Shown piece after piece: positions 20,277-28,600 of a stretch of DNA of 64,000 nucleotides. Position 1 is the first letter of the stretch. Every line of letters starts with the position of its first letter. This stretch comes from Waddliaceae bacterium (GTDB lineage Bacteria; Chlamydiota; Chlamydiia; Chlamydiales; SLOH01): positions 32,573-96,572 of the forward strand of contig JBBDJA010000017.1 in assembly GCA_040880105.1 (NCBI GenBank), given 5' to 3'. The notes under the pieces are model-generated. The model saw nothing but the letters and a program-made list of their open reading frames with translations. It was not told where the DNA came from and did no database searches. The translations under genes and the position numbers were made by a program.

Positions 20277-20423
20277 TTCACTCAGATTATTAAATTTAGT
20301 GCCTTTTTCCTTAAATTCGATACAATCGCACTCGCTTAACAGTTAAGTTCGATTAATTTTTCGAATTTTAGAAAAAATTCATGCAAAATTAAATGAACCT
20401 GAGTGAATCAGAGGCTCCTTAGG
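20261..20423. repeat. Palindromic MITE/REP-like element, copy 3 (inverted relative to copies 2, 4, 5 and 6; overlaps the last codons and stop of tsaD)
   Basis: The left (B-type) arm is TTTAGGGAACCTCTGATTCACTCAGATTATTAAATTTAGTGCCTTTTTCCTTAAATTCGA. The right (A-type) arm is TTCGAATTTTAGAAAAAATTCATGCAAAATTAAATGAACCTGAGTGAATCAGAGGCTCCTTAGG. The tsaD TGA (20274-20276) lies inside the conserved CTCTGATT core. Confidence 0.85.
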
Positions 20424-20538
20424 AAACTCTTAAGTCCATCTAATTGCACTTTTTTAGAGGTTCTTATCAGACAAATATTCCAAAATAATCCCCACTTGTG
20501 GTATTGTATCTTCTTAATCAATAAATAGAGATTTGACC

Positions 20539-20694
20539 ATGGCAAGCAAAAGAGAAAAAATTAAACTAAAAAGCTCAAAGAGTTCGCACTTCTATTACTC
20601 AGTTAAAAACAAGACTAACTCGCCTGACCGCATTTCACTACGCAAATACGACCCAACTCTCCGTGAGCACGTCGAATATAAAGAAACTAAATAA
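20539..20694 (+). CDS. rpmG: 50S ribosomal protein L33 (short ORF absent from the supplied track)
   Basis: My own translation gives MASKREKIKLKSSKSSHFYYSVKNKTNSPDRISLRKYDPTLREHVEYKETK (51 aa). This matches the L33 pattern (REKIKL.S......FY...KNK......L.LRK.DP..R.HV.YKE.K). Confidence 0.85.
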   Translation: MASKREKIKLKSSKSSHFYYSVKNKTNSPDRISLRKYDPTLREHVEYKETK

Positions 20695-20700
20695 GACGCA

Positions 20701-22677
20701 TTGGCCATGTTTGAACTTTCTGTGGCCTTCAAATATTTGATCCCTCGCTGGAGACAGCTCTCTGTCTCCATCATCAGTTTGATCTCCGTTTTTGTGATCG
20801 CGCTTGTCGTTTGGTTGATTGTTGTTTTTTTTTCCGTCACTCACGGCTTAGAAAAAACCTGGGTACAGAAAATGCTCTCTGTTTCCGCTCCGATCCGCAT
20901 CACACCCACACATGCCTACACCCACTCTTATTACTATAATGTTGACACGATTTCGCTCTCTTCCGATTACACTCTGAAAAGCATCGGAGAAAAATTCATT
21001 GCGGAGCAAACCGATCCGTATGACCCCTCATTTGATGAAGAAATTCCCGAAGATTGGCTTACTGCCGATACCGATGAAGAGGGAAACCCTCGCGATCTTG
21101 TCAAAGAACTGTTTGATGTCATCCATGAGATCCCGGGCGTCTACGCATCCGAGTATGAAGTGGGAGCCGGAAATCTCCACTTGCGCTTACTTCGTCACAC
21201 CCAAGAGGGAACTCAAAGACAGCAAATTGACCAAAAAGCGCTTCTAACTGCATTCGATACAAAAAATCCCTCACTAACGACAAGCCTACTCAAACCGAAA
21301 ACCGACGATATTGATAATCTTATCGCCATGAGTCGTATCTCCCCTCGGAATGTCCTAGAGGAAAACTCCGGAAAGACATACCGCTTAAGTCAAAATGATC
21401 GGCAAAAAAGATTGGAATCCCTGAATTCTAAACTTCACCTAAACCAATTCCAAACAAAAGAGAGCGGATGGGTCATGCCACACGCATTTCTTAATGACGC
21501 CACTTCTCTAAAGGTTCTTGCAGTATTGAATGGAGCCGGTGAAGTTAAACGTGTGATCATCCCCAATAACTCTAAACAAGGCAATGTAGCCTTGAAAATG
21601 GAAAACGGCTCTCCCACCCTTTTAATTGACGGAAAAGCGCAATCCCTCATGCCTCAAGTCCCACTCATTGTAGAAGGTGGCATCAAAGTAGAGGCAAATC
21701 TAAACCCCGATTTTAGCCAAGAGACTGTAATTAACCTTCAAGGCAACCTCCTTAGCGGCAAAGTGCAGTATGGTGCTTTTGATCTCATCGATGGAGAAAT
21801 CGACCCGATCGCTCTTCTGAATTGGATTGACGATGAGAGCTTAGACCCAGTTCTATTGCCAAAAATCTTTCGTGATAAAGGTGTAAAAATTGGCGACCAC
21901 GGCTATATCGGTTACGAAGGAGCGACGCCTACCGGCACTCAAGAAATGCGCTTGCCTATTTTTATCGCAGGCTTCTACGATCCGGGCATTATCCACCAGG
22001 GAGGAATCTTCCTTCTTGCCCCCAAAAGCTTAACGCATATGGTGCGCCAGGCAAGCCATGAGGACTTGATGGGAAATGGCATCCATTTGTACTATGACGA
22101 CCTAAAGGAAACAGATGCGATCCAAAGCCAGATCATAGCAAAGCTTAAAGCGCGCGGACTTAACCCCTACTGGAAAGTTGAAAGTTACAACCAATTCCCT
22201 TATGCCAAAGAGATCCTAGAGCAGCTAAAATCCGAACGCACTCTCTTTACGCTCATCTCCTGTGTGATTATCCTCGTTGCCTGTTCAAACATTATTTCGA
22301 TGTTAATTATTTTGGTTAACGACAAGAAAAAAGAGATCGCAATCCTACGAGCAATGGGCGCAAGCGCCTTAAGTGTTGCTACAATCTTTGGGCTTTGTGG
22401 AATTGTGATGGGTCTTCTTGGCAGCCTGCTTGGGATCGGCCTTGCAGTTTACACTCTGCGCCATCTAGACCTTCTTATTGGTTTACTTAGCGCCATTCAA
22501 GGACGCAGCGCCTTCAACCCTAACTTCTATGGAGAGACGCTTCCGAATGAGATCAGTAGTGAGGCGTTGATCTTTGTGCTTCTCACTACCGGAATTCTCT
22601 CTCTTATTTCCGGTGTGATCCCCGCTCTCAAAGCAAGCAGTGCAGAGCCATCAACAGCCTTGAGGTCGGACGGATGA
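20701..22677 (+). CDS. LolC/LolE-family (FtsX-domain) ABC transporter permease with an unusually long periplasmic domain
   Basis: The N-terminus (FELSVAFKYLIPRWRQLSVSIISLISV) and the C-terminal FtsX-type TM bundle (KKEIAILRAMGAS...) are LolCE-like. A lolD-like ATPase follows with a 4-nt overlap. The start may be the TTG at 20701 or the ATG at 20707. Confidence 0.75.
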   Translation: MAMFELSVAFKYLIPRWRQLSVSIISLISVFVIALVVWLIVVFFSVTHGLEKTWVQKMLSVSAPIRITPTHAYTHSYYYNVDTISLSSDYTLKSIGEKFIAEQTDPYDPSFDEEIPEDWLTADTDEEGNPRDLVKELFDVIHEIPGVYASEYEVGAGNLHLRLLRHTQEGTQRQQIDQKALLTAFDTKNPSLTTSLLKPKTDDIDNLIAMSRISPRNVLEENSGKTYRLSQNDRQKRLESLNSKLHLNQFQTKESGWVMPHAFLNDATSLKVLAVLNGAGEVKRVIIPNNSKQGNVALKMENGSPTLLIDGKAQSLMPQVPLIVEGGIKVEANLNPDFSQETVINLQGNLLSGKVQYGAFDLIDGEIDPIALLNWIDDESLDPVLLPKIFRDKGVKIGDHGYIGYEGATPTGTQEMRLPIFIAGFYDPGIIHQGGIFLLAPKSLTHMVRQASHEDLMGNGIHLYYDDLKETDAIQSQIIAKLKARGLNPYWKVESYNQFPYAKEILEQLKSERTLFTLISCVIILVACSNIISMLIILVNDKKKEIAILRAMGASALSVATIFGLCGIVMGLLGSLLGIGLAVYTLRHLDLLIGLLSAIQGRSAFNPNFYGETLPNEISSEALIFVLLTTGILSLISGVIPALKASSAEPSTALRSDG

Positions 22678-23342
22678 ACCCCATTTTAACCGCCAAAGGA
22701 ATCACAAAAAGCTATCGCTCCCCTATCTTGCTTAGCGTCTTAAAGGGAATTGATCTTGAAGTCAATGAAGGCGAGAGTGTCGCCATTGTCGGCAGATCCG
22801 GCGAGGGGAAAAGCACACTCATGCAAATCCTCGGCACCCTTGAAAATCCCTGCAGCGGAAAAGTGATCATCAATGGACAAGACGCATGTAAAAACCGCTC
22901 TCAAATTCGCAATCAATCGATTGGCTACATCTACCAATCCTTTCATCTTCTTGAGGACTTCACGGTACTAGACAATGTGCTGATGCCGGCAAAAATTGCG
23001 CGAAACTCCACAAGACCCGGAAGCGCTGCCTATCAACGCGCTGAAAAACTTCTTCACGAGGTCGGTCTATCAAAACGCAAACATCACCTAGCAAAGCAGC
23101 TCTCGGGAGGAGAGAGGCAACGGGTCGCAATTGCGCGCGCTCTTTGCAACAATCCCCCCATTCTTCTTGCCGACGAGCCAACCGGCAACCTCGACAGCAC
23201 AACTGCTAGTGCCATTCATACACTTTTGCTTTCTCTTGTCAAAGAGCACAAGAAAACCTTAATCGTTGTCACCCATGACAAAAACCTTGCCGCTCTTTGC
23301 GACAAGCGGCTTTTCCTCACACAAGGCCACCTGCACACATAA
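22674..23342 (+). CDS. lolD: LolD-like ABC transporter ATP-binding protein
   Basis: Walker [10 protein letters not shown], the ABC signature [15 protein letters not shown] and Walker [13 protein letters not shown] are present. The gene is coupled to the LolCE-like permease gene. Confidence 0.85.
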   Translation: MNPILTAKGITKSYRSPILLSVLKGIDLEVNEGESVAIVGRSGEGKSTLMQILGTLENPCSGKVIINGQDACKNRSQIRNQSIGYIYQSFHLLEDFTVLDNVLMPAKIARNSTRPGSAAYQRAEKLLHEVGLSKRKHHLAKQLSGGERQRVAIARALCNNPPILLADEPTGNLDSTTASAIHTLLLSLVKEHKKTLIVVTHDKNLAALCDKRLFLTQGHLHT

Positions 23343-23385
23343 AAAAATATTGACAGAAACAAAGTAAAGGTAAAAAAGTAAGTGT

Positions 23386-24426
23386 ATGGAGAATATGCAC
23401 TTATCAAGGACCAAATGGTGGATCGTTACTCTAGCCTTAATCGCTGGAATTATCCTCACCATTATTTCCACTATAGGACTCTGTACAGCTGAATGCGCTG
23501 AAAATGAAAACTGGAGGCTTTTTGGACTCCCCTTCGAGCTCTTCGGTTTTGTCTTCTTTGCCGCAGCAACGACTCTCCATCTATTATCTTGGAAGTATCC
23601 GGCTCTTTGGAAATGGACTGCAATCCTCGCCTTTTCAGGAGTTGGAGCTGAGATCACAATGATTTGGATTCAACACGCTAAAATCGGCGCTTGGTGTCCT
23701 GTGTGCCTTAGCATTGCGGGGACAATCTTCTTTATTGCCGCCATTTTCTTAAGCACAATGGTTAATCAATTAAAATTACAACCTAAAGGGAATTTTATGA
23801 AAGTTTATCAAATGGAGATTCGCTCCTTAGCAGCCCTTATCCTCGGGTTTCTCGCAACCTTCTTCGGGGCCGCCCAAGTCGATGCATTCCAAGAGATCTC
23901 GGATAACATTACAGAAAATATCGCCTTCGGAAACAAGGATACCGATATTGAAGGTTATCTCTTTACAGACTGGGCTTGCCCTGCCTGCAGAAAGATTGAG
24001 CCGGGTATCGAGCAAATCAAATCAGCCGTGACAAAAGAGGGAAAATTCTACTTTATCGACCATGCGGTTCACCCTGAAACGCTTAACTACATACCCTATA
24101 ATCTCTCCGCAATGGTCAACCACAAGCCGTACTACATCCAGTTTCGCCATATGCTGACCAAACTCTCAACCCAAACACCTTCACCGACCGCAGACCAAAT
24201 TAAAGCTCTAGCGAATACAATCGGGATCGACTTTCGGAAGCTTGACTATTCAAATATTTCTATGGGAATTCGAAACTTTAAAGAACTTGGAAAAAAATTC
24301 AAAGTCAAAGGAACACCGACACTTGTGCTAGTCAATAAAAAAACGAAACAAGGCAAGCGTCTGACCGGCTCTGATGACATTACACCTGAAAAGATCAAAG
24401 CTGCCATTCAGGAATTGAAACAATAG
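23386..24426 (+). CDS. VKOR-family membrane oxidoreductase fused to a periplasmic DsbA/thioredoxin-like domain
   Basis: Four TM helices carry a loop cysteine pair (C33/C37 in GLCTAEC), followed by W.LFGLP.E..G. A membrane-edge CxxC (WCPVC, C104/C107) lies at the start of TM4. A fifth TM (aa 146-162) leads into a thioredoxin-fold domain with WACPAC (C198/C201) and KVKGTPTLVL. Confidence 0.7.
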   Translation: MENMHLSRTKWWIVTLALIAGIILTIISTIGLCTAECAENENWRLFGLPFELFGFVFFAAATTLHLLSWKYPALWKWTAILAFSGVGAEITMIWIQHAKIGAWCPVCLSIAGTIFFIAAIFLSTMVNQLKLQPKGNFMKVYQMEIRSLAALILGFLATFFGAAQVDAFQEISDNITENIAFGNKDTDIEGYLFTDWACPACRKIEPGIEQIKSAVTKEGKFYFIDHAVHPETLNYIPYNLSAMVNHKPYYIQFRHMLTKLSTQTPSPTADQIKALANTIGIDFRKLDYSNISMGIRNFKELGKKFKVKGTPTLVLVNKKTKQGKRLTGSDDITPEKIKAAIQELKQ

Positions 24427-24477
24427 CCAAAAAGTCTAAAAGATGATTAACTAGGTGGCTCTAAATGGAGCCATCTA

Positions 24478-25665
24478 ATGAGTAAGAAACTTCTACGCAC
24501 TCTTGAAACACAACTCGTCGACCTTAAAACAGAAGGACTCTACAAACAAGAGTATCCCATTGACTCCCCTCAAAACGCCTCCATTACGCTTCAAGACGGT
24601 AAGCAGTTACTGAATTTTTGCGCCAATAACTACCTCGGTCTAGCCGACCATCCGGAAGTGATTAACGCCGCAAAAGAGGGCCTTGACCGGTATGGATTCG
24701 GAATGGCATCCGTCCGTTTTATCTGCGGCACCCTCTCCATCCATAAAGAACTTGAAACGCGACTCTCACACTTTCTCGGCACTGAAGAGACCATTCTCTA
24801 CTCCTCTTGCTTTGATGCCAATGCGGGCCTCTTTGAAACGATTCTCACCCATGAAGACGCTATCATCAGCGACTCCCTCAACCACGCCAGTATCATCGAC
24901 GGTGTTAGACTATGCAAAGCCGAGCGTCACCGCTATAAAAACAACGACATGCAAGACCTTGAAGAGAAGCTGAAACAGACCCAAGAGAAGCGTTTTCGCC
25001 TCATTGCGACAGACGGCGTCTTTTCAATGGATGGAACGATTGCCAATCTCTCTGCTATCTGCGACCTTGCCGACAAGTATGACGCACTTGTGATGTTTGA
25101 TGATTGCCACGCCGTTGGATTCCTTGGTGAAAATGGAAAAGGCACTCATGAACTTACAAATGTTATTGACCGTGTCGATATTATCACAGGTACTCTCGGT
25201 AAAGCTCTTGGCGGCGCCTCCGGCGGTTACACATCCGGAAGAAAAGAGATTATACAGTGGTTGAAGCAACGGTCTCGCCCTTACCTCTTTTCAAATGCCC
25301 TTGCCCCCTCTATTACAGCCGCCTCCCTCAAAGTCCTTGACCTTATTGAAAGCTCAAATGACCTTAGGGAAAAACTCCATGAAAACAGCCGCTATTTCCG
25401 AAAAAAAATGGAAGCCCTAGGCTTTAATCTTACGCCCGGCTCCCATCCCATTATCCCTCTTATGCTCGGAGAGGCAACACTTGCAGTAGAATTTGCAAAA
25501 CGCATGCTCTCCCACGGCATCTATGTGATTGGATTTTCCTACCCTGTCGTTCCCAAGGGAGCTGCCCGCATCCGCACCCAGATGTCTGCCGCTCACACAA
25601 GAGAAGATCTTGACCGCGCGATTGCGGCCTTTGAAACTGTCGGAAAAGAACTTAAGGTGATTTAA
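24478..25665 (+). CDS. kbl: 2-amino-3-ketobutyrate CoA ligase (glycine C-acetyltransferase)
   Basis: 395-aa alpha-oxoamine synthase fold. It contains [31 protein letters not shown] and the PLP-lysine context [16 protein letters not shown] tdh gene lies nearby. Confidence 0.88.
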   Translation: MSKKLLRTLETQLVDLKTEGLYKQEYPIDSPQNASITLQDGKQLLNFCANNYLGLADHPEVINAAKEGLDRYGFGMASVRFICGTLSIHKELETRLSHFLGTEETILYSSCFDANAGLFETILTHEDAIISDSLNHASIIDGVRLCKAERHRYKNNDMQDLEEKLKQTQEKRFRLIATDGVFSMDGTIANLSAICDLADKYDALVMFDDCHAVGFLGENGKGTHELTNVIDRVDIITGTLGKALGGASGGYTSGRKEIIQWLKQRSRPYLFSNALAPSITAASLKVLDLIESSNDLREKLHENSRYFRKKMEALGFNLTPGSHPIIPLMLGEATLAVEFAKRMLSHGIYVIGFSYPVVPKGAARIRTQMSAAHTREDLDRAIAAFETVGKELKVI

Positions 25666-25667
25666 CG

Positions 25668-28600
25668 TTAGCCGTTCAAATATTCCAACACACGATCTGT
25701 GACGGCATACGCATCATCCGGATCAAAATCGTAGCTATTTGTTATATCTGATACTGTTGGTTTTCCATTCTTTATCATCATTTTGTACTTTAACACCGAT
25801 CTCAATTTACCTAGCTCAGTCACTTTCTCTAGAGTCTCTTCTTCAGCGAGTACAAGATCGTCAGTCATTTCAATTTCTACGTCTAACGATTGAATACCAT
25901 CATTTGATTTATTAATGATTAGTTGTATTTTACGATTTTCTCTACCCTGTTCTCGACGATAACCAAAATCTTGACCTCTAACAGAAATGCGAGGCATCTC
26001 TTCCATCACTAGTGCACCTACACGAACCATGGGTTCGACTAAATAATTCATTCCACTCTGAGTAACGGCCGCTTTTGCTAAAACTTTCCACTCCTCCTCG
26101 AAACTATCTAAAAAATGATTATAGAAATCAGGATTATTTCCGCCTCCCATCCCCGATGTCATAGTAATTATGTTACCTTCAATCTCAAAATTTCCAAGCT
26201 GAGGCAAGTCTCGATTGAATTGCCGATCCACTTTTTCACTACTATCGAGCATTAAATGCTCTTCAAGTGAGCTGCCTTTCGTTTTAGCCAGTACCTGTAA
26301 TTGCTTGTTCAATTGCTTAGATGCGATATCGTTAAATTTTACAACCTGTTCAGCTTCTGCTCTTAATAGTTTGCGAATTTCACTTTTAATTTGACGTGCC
26401 TGTTCTTTTAACTTTTTAATCCCGTCGCTTTTGGGGGATAAGTCAACATCATTATTTAGAGCTGTCTTAAATAAGAAATCAAAAATTTTGTCATCATCCT
26501 CTGCATTCGCTCCGCTTTCAATACAAAGGTCCACAAACTCTTTCTGGTCACTCAACGGTTTCTCAGAGTCAAAAGTGAGAAGCGTATACAGTGAGCGCAA
26601 CTTCTCTCCGCCTTTTAATCGCATGGCCATTTCGACAATCTCTTTGTCAAGATCTGACTTATGATCATAGAAGTCAAAAGGAGAAGAGTCTCCATACTCA
26701 TGAATTAAATTTTCACAGGAGTTAAAGTCACTTAAAATTCCCTCTACATCATTCAGCTGAAATTCAAATTTTGTACTATTAACTATTGCTTTCACATTCT
26801 CAAGCTCTGGCATATTGTCGTCAAAATTCCATGTATAATTGACTTCTTGTACGACATTCCCCAAAGATGTCCTAAATCTGTGTTCATTTCCCTTATCGTC
26901 TGTCATCATTACATTAACGCTTGTTGTTTTTTTATACTGAACATCTAAAGCTATAATTTCCCCTCTATCATCTCTATTCACACTCACTTCAACATTAACT
27001 CTTGCATTCCCGCCATACCTATAATTAAAATCATCATTAAGCATTTGTAAGCGATTTCCAACACCTAATTGACCTATTGTAGGTGTAAAAGCGGTAACAT
27101 AAGCACCTGGTATTTGAGTAACAGCGAGTTTTGCAAGGTTCTTCCACTTATCCTCAGCTTCTTTAAAATAGTCATCAAATGATTCTACGTAATTTGCTTT
27201 GAAGTGCACTCGGTTAGGATCGCTCATTGAACTCAGACTTAGAGCCCCTTTACCGCTATTTTTATTTGCCTCTTGAATAGTAAAGTGGATTCCCACACGC
27301 GTCATATCCACTTCAAATCCCTCGATGATTTTATCAGCAGACATACCTTCGAGCATTGAAATCGGGGGGGCACCAAATTGCTCTCTTCCTTCCCGCAAAA
27401 GTTCCTGTAACTGAGTCGTTAAAATACCGTGCGCTTCTTCAATTTTGTCAGATTCAGCAAGTAAACGGATACTCTGTTTAATCTCTCTTGCATGGTCTTC
27501 AAGGCCATCCTCTACTTTTGCTTCAATTTTTGATGCAATAAAGTTGTCAATGCGTTTGTCATGATCATCTGTCACTTTATTTGCTACACACCATTTTGCA
27601 AAATAGGTCGCGATGCTACCTATTCCATTCCATGTGAGTAAAGTATGAAGAGGAATTAGACTTTCATCTCCTAAATTCAATGCCTTTTCTAATAAAGGTA
27701 AAATCCGTTCATTGTTCTCATATCGATCATAAGCATCAAATGGAGGTTCTTCACTTATCTGCTTGATTTCTTTGAGATCTTCTCTGATTCTGTTGAGTTT
27801 TTTTTCATACTCGGTAAAATCTTTTCTATTTGCATCTGTCTCAGGAAATTTCTTGTTCATTTGACTAATCAAGCCATCGTCTACGACAAAAGAGCGTAAA
27901 TCTTCAATATTAAAATCAGTTTTAGAGAGTTCTTTGGTCCCTCTTGCTAGCTCAAAGGCAAAAAGATATGCAGCTTCTAAATCACCTCGGTTTGCGACAT
28001 CATATAGAGATTCAAGATGCGCAGCCCGCTCCTCATCGGAAAAATCCCCTGCTTGTATAAAACAGCTTTTAATCACTGAATCAGCAGCTTCTCTATAGCT
28101 TGGATCTTTGAAAACAGCCTTCCCATAATCACTGCTTTCAAACCTCTTAAGCAGGTCCATTCCGACTTGAGCATTTTTTGACTGCATATCTGCAATAACC
28201 TTCAACGCAAATGCTCCAGCCTCAGGTTCATTCATCCCCCCTTTAACAACATCGAAGGCTCTAACCTTGCCCTTACTTGCTATAACAAGTGATTGACCCT
28301 TTTTAAGTTTGAGTAAATTTTTAAGTAATGAATGTGCAGATGGAACAGCTAATTGATTAGGATCGTTTTCATACTTATCCAACTGTGCAGATAAGTCCAT
28401 ATTTTGTGACTTATCTAGATTCTTATTTGGGTTTTCTTGGGCTTCATAAAAATACTGTATAGACTCAAGATCATCTACCCCTGATTCCCTTAACTCACAG
28501 CCAAGTAAGTAACACGCTTTTGCATCTTTTTCCTCGTCCCAATGAATTCCCAAATTCGCCCGTAGCCTTAAGAGAGGAAGGAATGCTTTGCGTAAACCCT

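Noticed and set aside
20825-20833. Homopolymeric T9 tract inside the lolCE-like gene (and several A8/T8 tracts in the giant ORF) as phase-variation switches
   Set aside because: The tracts encode ordinary Phe/Lys runs in AT-rich, TM or charged segments. Their lengths are modest, and there is no evidence of frame disruption. I note them but do not consider them switches without population data.
23259-23657. 132-aa minus-strand ORF spanning the lolD 3' end and the VKOR-DsbA 5' end
   Set aside because: It overlaps two well-supported plus-strand genes and the intergenic region between them. It has no motif and no SD.
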